From an uncultured Myxococcales bacterium (lineage in GTDB: Bacteria > Myxococcota_A > UBA9042 > DTJE01), in NCBI GenBank assembly GCA_903847405.1, contig CAINDP010000007.1:48969-112968 (forward strand): a stretch of 64,000 bases of DNA, in the 5' to 3' direction. This document shows, piece after piece, positions 26,260 through 34,782 of the stretch. The position numbers were made by a program, and so were the translations under genes. The notes beneath the pieces are model-generated. The model did no database searches, was not told where the DNA came from, and saw only the letters and a list, made by a program, of their open reading frames with translations. How positions within the stretch are numbered: position 1 is the first letter of the stretch; each line of letters starts with the position of its first letter.

Positions 26260-27177
26260 CTACGTCAGTTCCAGGAAGCGCTCCTCCAGGCTGTGGCCGC
26301 GGATGACCGAGCCGACGGTGGCGCCGGACTGCAGCAGCGCGGCGAGGGCCTCGGTGATGGCCTCCTCCACGGTGTCGCCCTGGCGCACGCGCAGGGACAC
26401 GCGGAGGGTCAGGCCGTCGGGGGATGCGTTCACGGCGGCGACCCGGGGGCAGGCCTTCAAGGTGACCAGGGAGCCGCTGGCCGTCCTGCCCAGGCGGATC
26501 AGGACCTGCTGGTCCTGCCCGGTCATTTCGGCGATCGACGACTGGGCGACCAGCCTGCCGCGATCGATGATCGCGGCGTGGTCGCACAGGTCCTGGACCT
26601 CGGTCAGGTTGTGGCTGCTGACCAGCACCGTGGCGCGGCCGGCCATCGTCCTGATCATCTGGCGCACGGTGTGGGCATTGCGCGGATCCAGGCCCTCGGT
26701 CGGCTCGTCCAGCAGGACCAGCTCCGGCGAGCCCAGGAACGCCTGGGCGATGCCGAAGCGCTTGGCCATGCCGTGGGACAGGGCCTTCCCGCGGACCTTG
26801 CGGGCCTCGTTCAGATCCACGGCCGCCAGCACGCGATCGGTTTCGCTGCGGGCGCGATCCGCGGGCAGTCCCTGCAGTTCGGCCATGAAGCGCAGGCTGT
26901 CCTCCAGGGTGCGCTCGGGGTGGAACCGCGCGTCCTGGGGCAGGGCGGCCATGCGGTCGCGCGGGAGGTTCGACAGGGGCTGGCCCAGCACCTCGGCGCT
27001 GCCCGACGCCGGCCGGATGAATCCGCACAGCATGGCGAAGGTCGTGGTCTTGCCGGCGCCGTTCGGCCCCAGGAACCCGTAAATCGAGCCCTTCGGCACC
27101 TCGAACGTCAGCGTGTCCACGACGGCGCGGCCGTTGTAGCGCTTGGTCAATCGGTCGGTTCGGATGGCGACGTCCAT
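26260..27177 (-). CDS. ABC transporter ATP-binding protein (ABC-2 type)
   Basis: ATG at 27177 (MDVAIRTDRL...). Walker A GPNGAGKTT, signature LSHGMAKR, Walker B LVLLDEPTEGLD. The ORF-track extension to 29343 was rejected. Confidence 0.85.
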   Translation of the reverse strand: MDVAIRTDRLTKRYNGRAVVDTLTFEVPKGSIYGFLGPNGAGKTTTFAMLCGFIRPASGSAEVLGQPLSNLPRDRMAALPQDARFHPERTLEDSLRFMAELQGLPADRARSETDRVLAAVDLNEARKVRGKALSHGMAKRFGIAQAFLGSPELVLLDEPTEGLDPRNAHTVRQMIRTMAGRATVLVSSHNLTEVQDLCDHAAIIDRGRLVAQSSIAEMTGQDQQVLIRLGRTASGSLVTLKACPRVAAVNASPDGLTLRVSLRVRQGDTVEEAITEALAALLQSGATVGSVIRGHSLEERFLELT

Positions 27178-28070
27178 CAGAGGTCCCTCCACCGCAGGCG
27201 GGCGGATGCGCCCCCCAGGAAGATCAGGCCGAACGCCAGGAACGCCAGCGCGCTGCCCAGGACGTCCAGCAGTTTCGGCGACCACAGGTTCAGTTTGTAG
27301 AAGGACGGCGACAGGAACCCGAGGTCGGCGCTGCTGGACAGGACGCCCAGGCCGATGAGGACGCCGACCATGACCGCCATGGACAGGCCGCCGCCGTCCA
27401 CCAGCGACGACACCAGCGCGGCCAGGGCGATGTAGCAGAAGCCGAAGGGAATCGTCAGCATCCAGAACCGCAGCAGGAGGCCCGCGGCCGGCAGGAGGTC
27501 GAAGGTCGGCAGCTTCATCCAGGCGTACAGGAACAGCGCGACGTTCGCGGCGACCGTCACCGCCAGGAACAGCAGGCCGTGGGACAGCATCTTGCCCAGC
27601 AGCAGGGACGTGCGCGACGTCCGCAGCAGGATGAACCGCGCCGACCGCTGGTTCACCTCCGAGTTGACGATGTCGTAGCTGACCAGGGCGATCAGCAGCG
27701 GCAGGAACGTCAGCGTCGTCCAGAAGAAGCCCAGCAGCACCAGCGGCATGTGCAGCAGGTGGCGGGCGATGGCCTCGTCCCCGCCCGTGATCGACGCGAG
27801 GCCCTCGTACACGTTCGGTGCGTCGGCCTGCATGGAGGCCATGGCCTCGGAGGCGTCGATCGCCGTTCGCGCCGTCTGGATCTTGTCGCCGAACTGGTTT
27901 TCGACCCAGACCAGTGCGCCGCCCGTCGCCAGGGCGCCCGCGAGGTAGATCAGCAGCGCCACGAGGGCACGCCGGGTGCGGATCGCGGTCATCAGGTCGA
28001 AGCGGGCGATCCGCCAGGTATCTTGCAGGACGCGCACGTCGCGCCTCCCCGTCAAAGGACGGCCGATCAT
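27177..28070 (-). CDS. ABC-2 family permease (6 TM)
   Basis: ATG at 28070 (MIGRPLTG...). Multiple TM helices. The stop and the ATPase start share 1 nt (TGATG). Confidence 0.7.
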   Translation of the reverse strand: MIGRPLTGRRDVRVLQDTWRIARFDLMTAIRTRRALVALLIYLAGALATGGALVWVENQFGDKIQTARTAIDASEAMASMQADAPNVYEGLASITGGDEAIARHLLHMPLVLLGFFWTTLTFLPLLIALVSYDIVNSEVNQRSARFILLRTSRTSLLLGKMLSHGLLFLAVTVAANVALFLYAWMKLPTFDLLPAAGLLLRFWMLTIPFGFCYIALAALVSSLVDGGGLSMAVMVGVLIGLGVLSSSADLGFLSPSFYKLNLWSPKLLDVLGSALAFLAFGLIFLGGASARLRWRDL

Positions 28071-28257
28071 ACGGCAGGTCGGGGGGAAGCGCGAAGTTCG
28101 ACGGCGCCGGGCGGCCTTGCCCGGGGGCCGACCGGAATGGATCGGCACGAAAGATGCTTGACAGTCCCTGGAGGGCAGGTCGCCGAGGGTGCAGGCAGGC
28201 CGCCGGGAGACCGCGGACGGGGCGGCAGAAGCGGCCGGGCCCGCGACCCGCAAGGAG

Positions 28258-29616
28258 ATGCCGAGTTTCATGGCGGAACCGCAGGAAGGCCGGCCCGACT
28301 CCGAAAACATTGCGGTATCGACTGCCGAAGTCTGGGCCGAGACGTTCACGCTGTCCTTCCGCGGCGACCTCGAGGACGAGTTCCGGCACGCCCATTTCCT
28401 GCAATCGCTGCCGGTGCTGCGGGTGGCCCTGCTGGTCGGGGCGGCGTTCTACGCGGTGTTCGCCGTTCTGGATCTGCTGGTCGTGTCCCAGAACACTTCG
28501 ATGCTGTGGGGGATCCGGTTCGGCGTCGTGCTGCCGGCCACCCTGCTGCTGTACCTGTTTTCGCGGCGGGCGGGGTTCGAGCGGTGGATGCAGCCGGCGC
28601 TGGCCGCCTGGATCGTGCTGTCCGGGTGGGGCATCGTGGCCATGGTGGCGGTCATCCCGCCCGCCGTCAGCCACGTCTACTACGTCGGCCTGATCCTGGT
28701 GCTGATCATCGGGTACACCTACACGCGGCTGCGCTTCGGCTGGGCCAGCGGCGCCGGCTGGCTGATCGTCATCGCCTACCAGACCGTTGCCGTGGCCATC
28801 GACACGCCCTTGCAGACCCTGCTGATCAACGATTTCTTCTTCATCGGGGCGAACGTCCTGGGGATGCTGTCGTGCCGCGCCATCGAGCAGTATGCCCGGG
28901 ACAACTTCCTGCTGGTGCGGCGGGTCCGGATCGAACAGGAGCGCGTGGCGGCGGCCAATCATGAACTGGCCGAAGTCAATCGGGACCTTGCCCGGCAGGC
29001 CCTGCTGGACGGGTTGACCGGGATTCCGAACCGGCGCTCGTTCGACGGCGCCTTCACGATGGAGTGGGCGCGGATGCAGCGGGAGGGCACGCCGCTGACG
29101 GTCGTGCTGTGCGACATCGATCGCTTCAAGGCCTACAACGACGCCTGCGGGCACCTGGTGGGCGACGACTGCCTCCGGGACGTTGCCGCGGCGGTGTGGG
29201 AGGCGGCTCGACGACCGGCGGACCACGTGGCGCGGTTCGGCGGCGAGGAGTTCGCGCTGATCCTTCCCCACACGGGGCCCGAGGGTGGCCGGCGGGTTGC
29301 CGAGGCCGTCCGGGCCGCGGTGCGCCGAAGGGGCATCCCGCATCCCCGGGCCGCGGTGGACGGGATCGTGACGGTCAGCCTGGGCGTGGCCTCCCTGATC
29401 CCGGTGCCCGAAGTGTCACCGGAAGCGCTTCTGGAAGCCGCCGATCGGGCCATGTACCAGGCGAAATCCCAGGGGCGGGACCGGGTGGTGGCGGCCGAGG
29501 AGTGCAAGCCCGACACCGGGGCATCCGCGCGCGAGTCCCGCTTCCGGCGACGGGAGGAGGGCATGCCGCCGGGCGCCTACCTTCCGAATCCCTCCAAGGA
29601 CCGTCACATCCCGTAG
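28258..29616 (+). CDS. Membrane sensor diguanylate cyclase (GGDEF domain with a GGEEF active site)
   Basis: N-terminal 5-6 TM helices. IPNRRSFD...VVLCDIDRFKAYND...ARFGGEEFALIL are GGDEF motifs. The start is 28258 or 28270. Confidence 0.75.
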   Translation: MPSFMAEPQEGRPDSENIAVSTAEVWAETFTLSFRGDLEDEFRHAHFLQSLPVLRVALLVGAAFYAVFAVLDLLVVSQNTSMLWGIRFGVVLPATLLLYLFSRRAGFERWMQPALAAWIVLSGWGIVAMVAVIPPAVSHVYYVGLILVLIIGYTYTRLRFGWASGAGWLIVIAYQTVAVAIDTPLQTLLINDFFFIGANVLGMLSCRAIEQYARDNFLLVRRVRIEQERVAAANHELAEVNRDLARQALLDGLTGIPNRRSFDGAFTMEWARMQREGTPLTVVLCDIDRFKAYNDACGHLVGDDCLRDVAAAVWEAARRPADHVARFGGEEFALILPHTGPEGGRRVAEAVRAAVRRRGIPHPRAAVDGIVTVSLGVASLIPVPEVSPEALLEAADRAMYQAKSQGRDRVVAAEECKPDTGASARESRFRRREEGMPPGAYLPNPSKDRHIP

Positions 29617-30734
29617 ACCAGCAGCCGGCACTCGATGTCGCCGTTGTACAGGATCTGCCACCGATCCGGGCGCTGGCGGAACGGCCGTTCGATGCTGGGG
29701 GACCCGGCGAGGATGGCCACCGTGTGTCCGCGCATCCGGCGCAGGGTGCCCGCCATCCCTTCGTACAGGGTGCTGTCCGCATCCAGACGGGCGCCGTACG
29801 GCGGGTTGATGATGACGAAACCCGCCGGGCCCAGGGGTTCCAGGGCGGAAATCGGCGCGATGGAGAACCGGGGCTGGACGCCGGCCTTCCGCGCGTTGGC
29901 CCGGGCCAGTTCGACGGCCGCGGGCGCGATGTCGCTGCCGAAGATTTCCGGGATGTCGTCGCGGCGGGCCGCCCGGGCGATGGCGCGGATCTCCTCCATG
30001 CGGGCCGCGGCCGTGGCGTCGTGGCAGGCCCAGCGCTCGAACCCGAAGCGCGTCCTCAACAGGCCCGGGGCGACGTTGGCCGCCCACAGGGAGGCCTCGA
30101 TCGGGATGGTCCCGGATCCGCACATGGGATCCACCAGCGGCGTGACCCGATCCCAGCCCGACAGGCGCAGGATGGCGGCGGCCAGGGTTTCCTTGAGGGG
30201 CGCCTCGAGGTGCTCCGCCCGGTAGCCGCGGCGATGCAGCGATTCGCCCGCCAGATCCAGGTACAGCGTCGCCTTGTCCTCGACGATGTGGACGAACAGC
30301 GCGACGTCCGGATCCTTGCGGTCCACCGAGGGGCGCTCGCCCACGGCGTCGCGGATCTGGTCGACGATCGCGTCCTTCGTCTTCTGCGAAATGAAGCCGG
30401 TGTGCGTGAGGCCTCCGGACCGGCACGACGCGGACACGGCCAGGGTCTGGTGCGGGGTCAGGTAGGGCGACCAGTCCACGGCGCGCACGCCGTCGTACAG
30501 GGCGGCGCCGTCGGGGGCGTCGAACCGGGCCATTTCGGCCAGGATGCGCAGGGCGATGCGCGAGTGCAGGCAGGCATGCCAGGCGTCCTCCCACCGGCCC
30601 TCGAAGTGGACGCCGCCGCGATCGGCGCGGACGTGGAACAGCCGCAGTTCGCGCAGTTCGTCGCGCAGGACGCCTTCGGTCCCCTTGGCGGCGGTGGCGA
30701 AAAAGGCCAGGGGCTTGGGGATTCCGGTCATCAT
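29604..30734 (-). CDS. THUMP-domain class I SAM-dependent RNA (m2G) methyltransferase
   Basis: ATG-ATG at 30734 with a GGAGG RBS. THUMP N-terminal region, GSG SAM motif (DPMCGSGTI), and NPPYG catalytic motif (FVIINPPYGARL). Confidence 0.8.
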   Translation of the reverse strand: MMTGIPKPLAFFATAAKGTEGVLRDELRELRLFHVRADRGGVHFEGRWEDAWHACLHSRIALRILAEMARFDAPDGAALYDGVRAVDWSPYLTPHQTLAVSASCRSGGLTHTGFISQKTKDAIVDQIRDAVGERPSVDRKDPDVALFVHIVEDKATLYLDLAGESLHRRGYRAEHLEAPLKETLAAAILRLSGWDRVTPLVDPMCGSGTIPIEASLWAANVAPGLLRTRFGFERWACHDATAAARMEEIRAIARAARRDDIPEIFGSDIAPAAVELARANARKAGVQPRFSIAPISALEPLGPAGFVIINPPYGARLDADSTLYEGMAGTLRRMRGHTVAILAGSPSIERPFRQRPDRWQILYNGDIECRLLVYGM

Positions 30735-30880
30735 GACGGTCCTCCGTCCACGGGCGGACTGTAGCCGCCGCCGGAGGGTTGTCAAGCCGGCACGATGCCC
30801 GGCCCCCGATGTCCGTGGATGTGGACAGGGGCCGCTGGTCGTGACAATGTCTGCAGTCGACACGGAACGAGGGTGTTTCG

Positions 30881-31942
30881 ATGCGGTCGATCGGTCGCCT
30901 GGTGCTCGCGTTGCCGGCCCTGTGCCTGGTGACGGCCGTTTCCTGCAGCGCGGGCAGCGCCGCGACGGACCTGCCGGGGGACCTGCCGACGGATGTCCCG
31001 GCCGATGTTCCCGGGGACCTGGCTCCCGACGTGCCTCCCGACGTCCCGGTGACGCCCGACCTCCCGCCGGAGGCCACTGCGGACGTGCCGCTGGACGTGC
31101 CGGCCGACGTGGCGCCCGACGCACCCGAACCGGTCCTCCCGGAATTCCTGGGCGGCGATCGTCCGGCGGCCCTGTACGTCCCGGACGACTACGTCGCGTC
31201 GCGGCCCTGGCCTCTCATCGTCCTTCTTCACGGGTACAGCGCCTCGGGCCTGACGGAGGCGGCCTACCTGGGTCTTCCCGAGCGGAGGACGTCGAAGGGG
31301 TTCGTGCTGCTGACGCCCGACGGGATGGTCGACTCGGAAGGCTACCAGTTCTGGAACGCCTTCGATTCGTGCTGCAATTTCGACAACCTGAACGTGGACG
31401 ACGTGGGGTACCTGCGAAAGTTGATTGCCGAGGCGGCTAGCGTTCTGAACATCGATCCGGGCCGGGTGTACCTGCTGGGCCATTCGAACGGCGGGTTCAT
31501 GTCGTTCCGGATGGCCTGCGACGCCTCGGACCTGATCGTAGGCATCGCGTCGATGGCAGGCTCGATCTCCACCAAGGCGGGCGATGCCGAATGCACGCCG
31601 GCGAAACCCGTGTCGGTCCTGGTGATCCACGGGACGGTCGACGACAGCATCGCGTACGGCGGCGAAACGGGAAACCGGCCCTACCTGGGTGCCGAGGCGC
31701 TACTGCAGTGGTGGAAGAACACGGATGAATGCACCCAGGGGCCGACGACGGGGGCCTCCCTGGACGTCGTCGACGATCTGGCGGGTGCGGAAACCACGAC
31801 GACCGGCTTCTCCGGTTGTTCCGCAGGCGCCCGCGTGGACCTGTGGACCATGCAGGGCGGCGGCCACATCCCGGTCCTGACCGAGGCCTTCAAGGACGCC
31901 GTGCTGGACCACCTGCTGTCGATGAGGCGAACCGCACCGTGA
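30881..31942 (+). CDS. Secreted lipoprotein esterase (alpha/beta hydrolase, PHB-depolymerase-like) with an acidic DxP-repeat linker
   Basis: Signal peptide and lipobox MRSIGRLVLALPALCLVTAVSCS. Linker DLPGDLPTDVPADVPGDLAPDVPPDVPVTPDLPPE. Nucleophile elbow LLGHSNGGFM. Confidence 0.75.
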   Translation: MRSIGRLVLALPALCLVTAVSCSAGSAATDLPGDLPTDVPADVPGDLAPDVPPDVPVTPDLPPEATADVPLDVPADVAPDAPEPVLPEFLGGDRPAALYVPDDYVASRPWPLIVLLHGYSASGLTEAAYLGLPERRTSKGFVLLTPDGMVDSEGYQFWNAFDSCCNFDNLNVDDVGYLRKLIAEAASVLNIDPGRVYLLGHSNGGFMSFRMACDASDLIVGIASMAGSISTKAGDAECTPAKPVSVLVIHGTVDDSIAYGGETGNRPYLGAEALLQWWKNTDECTQGPTTGASLDVVDDLAGAETTTTGFSGCSAGARVDLWTMQGGGHIPVLTEAFKDAVLDHLLSMRRTAP

Positions 31943-31943
31943 T

Positions 31944-32027
31944 GAGCCGCCCGAGCACGCAGGCGCAGGCGATGGGATTGCGCAGCAATCTCTCGCCGGA
32001 GCCGGAGTCGACTCGGGCTATTCAATG
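31944..32027. repeat. Intergenic ~84-bp hairpin repeat element, copy A (REP/MITE-like family)
   Basis: gagccgCCCGAGcacgcaggcgcaggcgatgggattgcgcagcaatctctcgccggagccggagtcgaCTCGGGctattcaatg. The ends are inverted (CCCGAG...CTCGGG) with an internal stem GGATTGC/GCAATC. Confidence 0.85.
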
Positions 32028-32111
32028 GAGCCGCCCGAGCACGCAGGCGCAGGCGATGGGATTGCGCAGCAATCTCTCGCCGGAGCCGGAGTCGACTCGG
32101 GCTGTTCAATG
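32028..32111. repeat. Intergenic ~84-bp hairpin repeat element, copy B (tandem with A; 1 mismatch)
   Basis: Identical to copy A except one base (ctattcaatg vs ctgttcaatg). It ends 1 nt before the ATG of the downstream dioxygenase gene. Confidence 0.85.
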
Positions 32112-32112
32112 G

Positions 32113-33042
32113 ATGAACCGCCGCCGGTTCCTGCGACACGGGGTGGCGCTGCTGGGGGCGGCGGCCGGTGTGCCGCTGCTGGCCTGCTCCCGTCCCGCCG
32201 ACCGTCCGGCGAACCCTGCGCAAGGAGGCCCCGGGATGTCCGAACCGACTTCTGCATCCCCGGCCGCGCGCATGCCCGTCCTGTTCGTCGGGCACGGTTC
32301 GCCGATGAACGCCATCGCCGACAACCGGTTCAGCCGCGCCTTCCAGGCCCTGGGAAAGGCTGTGCCGCGCCCCCGGGCGATCCTGTCCGTTTCGGCGCAC
32401 TGGTTCGTCCCGGGGACGTTCCTGACCGACAACCTGCGCCCGCCGACGATCCACGACTTCGGCGGTTTCCCACAGTCTCTGTTCGACATGCAGTATCCCG
32501 CACCGGGGGACCCGGACCTGGCGCGGCGCGTGGTGGCACTGCTGGGAGCGGCGACCGCGTCGCTTCGCGGGGACTGGGGCCTGGACCATGGGACCTGGAC
32601 GGTGCTGCACCACGCCTTCCCCGGGGCCGACGTGCCGGTCGTCCAGTTGAGCATCGACTCCCGCCTGCCGCCTTCGGGTCACCTGCTGCTGGGCCAGGCC
32701 CTGGCGCCACTGCGCGACGAAGGCGTCCTGATCCTGGGCAGCGGAAACATCACGCACAACCTGGCCCATGTCTTCAGCCAGGGCTTCCGGGACGACGCGC
32801 CAACTCCCGACTGGGCGGACGCCTTCGACGCCGACGTGGCGCGGGCCTGCGAACGGCACGACGGCGCGCACCTGGCCCGGGCGATCGACCTGGAAGACGG
32901 ACGCATGTCCCATCCCACGCCGGACCACTACCTGCCACTGCTGTACGTGGCGGGTGCCGCCGCGCCGGGGGACGCCGTGACGTTCCCGATCACCGGGTTC
33001 GACCTGGGTTCCCTGTCGATGCGGGCCGTTCGTTTCGGTTGA
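32113..33042 (+). CDS. DODA-type extradiol ring-cleavage dioxygenase (YgiD family) with a Tat signal peptide
   Basis: MNRRRFLRHGVALLGAAAGVPLLA is a twin-arginine motif. The mature domain begins MPVLFVGHGSPMNA...SAHWF... (class III extradiol dioxygenase). Confidence 0.75.
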   Translation: MNRRRFLRHGVALLGAAAGVPLLACSRPADRPANPAQGGPGMSEPTSASPAARMPVLFVGHGSPMNAIADNRFSRAFQALGKAVPRPRAILSVSAHWFVPGTFLTDNLRPPTIHDFGGFPQSLFDMQYPAPGDPDLARRVVALLGAATASLRGDWGLDHGTWTVLHHAFPGADVPVVQLSIDSRLPPSGHLLLGQALAPLRDEGVLILGSGNITHNLAHVFSQGFRDDAPTPDWADAFDADVARACERHDGAHLARAIDLEDGRMSHPTPDHYLPLLYVAGAAAPGDAVTFPITGFDLGSLSMRAVRFG

Positions 33043-33051
33043 AGCCGGGGA

Positions 33052-33912
33052 TCACATCCAGGCAGACGCATGTTCCGCGGCGAACCGTTCGAAGCCCGCG
33101 GGCGGCCGGCCCAGGATGGCAGCCACGTCGGGGGACACCGGGGCGCAGAAACCGGCCCGGATCAAACGGTAGAACGTGATCAGCCGCTCGACCCACTCCG
33201 GCGGGAAGCCGGCAGCCCCCAGCGCGCCGCGCGCCTGGTCCTCGTCCAGCGGCAGGTAGCGAATCTCCCGCCCGGTCACGCCCGACAGCACCCTGGCGAT
33301 CTGGTGGTGGTCCAGCGCCTCGGGCCCGGTCAGCGTGTAGGCGCGGCCGGCATGCCCCGCGGTGGTCAGGGCCTGGGCCGCGACCGCGGAGATGTCCCGG
33401 GCGTCGATCCAGGAAATGCGCGCATCGGCCGCCGGAAGGCCGAACGTCCCGGTCGTGCGGATGCCGGCCTGCACCGTCCCGGAGGCCAGCATCTGCATGA
33501 ACCAGTTGGGGCGCAGGTGCGTGAACTCCATGCCCGATGCCTCCAGGTACAACTCGATCTTCCGCAGCGCGAAGTCCTCGCGCATCTCGGTCCCCATGGC
33601 GGTGAGGTTCACGACGTGCCGGACGCCCTGGGTCTTCATCGCGTCGATCAGGGGCAGGGCGACCCGGTCGGAATGCTGGTCCCCGGGGCGGGCGATCAGG
33701 AAGACGCGGTCCACGTCCGCCAGGGCAGGGCCGAAGGTCTCCGGTCGCTCCAGGTCGAACGGGACCCACTCCACCGTGTCCCCGGAACGGGACCGGGCCG
33801 CCTGGGGCGACCGCGTGGCTCCCCGCACGGCGCATCCCTTCCGGACCAGGGCCGACACCAGTTCCCCGCCGACCGTTCCCGTGGCGCCCAGGACCAGGAT
33901 TCGTGCCGTCAT
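33052..33912 (-). CDS. NmrA-like / atypical SDR NAD(P)H-binding protein
   Basis: MTARILVLGATGTVGGELV (GxxGxxG). The ATG at 33912 overlaps the TetR stop (ATGA). An alternative start is 33921. Confidence 0.75.
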   Translation of the reverse strand: MTARILVLGATGTVGGELVSALVRKGCAVRGATRSPQAARSRSGDTVEWVPFDLERPETFGPALADVDRVFLIARPGDQHSDRVALPLIDAMKTQGVRHVVNLTAMGTEMREDFALRKIELYLEASGMEFTHLRPNWFMQMLASGTVQAGIRTTGTFGLPAADARISWIDARDISAVAAQALTTAGHAGRAYTLTGPEALDHHQIARVLSGVTGREIRYLPLDEDQARGALGAAGFPPEWVERLITFYRLIRAGFCAPVSPDVAAILGRPPAGFERFAAEHASAWM

Positions 33913-34538
33913 GGTTCCCATTCCTCCTCGAAGAGGGCCTTCAGGCCGGCCAGGTGATACCGGGAGAATCCCGCCACCGCCTGGCGAATCCGGGACTCGT
34001 CGCCGTAGCGGACCAGGATGTCCACGATCGTGTCCACGAGGTGTCGATAGATCCGGGTCAGCGCGAACCGGGTCGTGGGGGGGACCTCCAGATCCGGCTG
34101 CAGCCCCTGGAAATGCGCGATGGCCCGGTCCGCCAGATCGCGCACCAGGGCGTCCGCGAATCCCTCGTGCCGCGTGCCCTGGGACCGCCCCAGCAGCACG
34201 ACGACGCGCAGTCGGTTGCGGATGCAGAACGCCAGCAATTCCTCGGACAGTGCGTGGAACGGCGCGTCCGCCGGCAGGGTGCGAATGTCGTCGACCCCGT
34301 CCAGGGACTGGACCCGACGGTGCAGCCGCAGACCCAGTTCCTCGACGAAAGCGTCGGGGATCACGGCCTGGTAGAGGTCCTTCTTGCCGCCGTGATACCG
34401 GTACAGGTTGCCGGAGGAAACCCCGGCCGCATCGGCGATGTCGGCCATCGACGACGCCCGGTAGCCGTTCCGGGCCAGGACCTTCAGCGCGCCGGCAGCG
34501 ATGCGGTCGCGGACCTCGTCCTTCTGGTACTGGGCCAC
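33909..34538 (-). CDS. TetR-family transcriptional regulator
   Basis: GTG at 34538 (VAQYQKDEVRDRIAAGALKVLARNGYRASSMADIADAAGVSSGNLYRYH, HTH). The ORF-track extension to 35267 was rejected. Confidence 0.75.
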   Translation of the reverse strand: MAQYQKDEVRDRIAAGALKVLARNGYRASSMADIADAAGVSSGNLYRYHGGKKDLYQAVIPDAFVEELGLRLHRRVQSLDGVDDIRTLPADAPFHALSEELLAFCIRNRLRVVVLLGRSQGTRHEGFADALVRDLADRAIAHFQGLQPDLEVPPTTRFALTRIYRHLVDTIVDILVRYGDESRIRQAVAGFSRYHLAGLKALFEEEWEP

Positions 34539-34782
34539 CCGACGCCTCAATAGCGAACCAATGATTCGCAAATACACCCCTGCCGTCCGGGTGTCAACGC
34601 CGGAGGCGCGAAAGCCTGTCAGAGGCGGTGTGCCGTGCGGGCCGGCACTTGTTTCGGCGGGACGAATCCGGTAGACGGTGGAGGGCCCCTGGGCGGCTTC
34701 GGCTCTGCCTGGGCGCTCGGCGAGGGCAGGGCCCGGAAAGGAGGACATCGTGGTTCGGACGGTGAATCGGTGCAACAACGCG

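Noticed and set aside
31681-32928. ORFs translating through the 84-bp repeats (QAQAMGLRSNLSPEPE / RLRLRREIAAQS peptides)
   Set aside because: The same peptide recurs wherever the DNA repeat occurs, including in a tandem duplicate. This is a signature of a non-coding repeat, not a gene.
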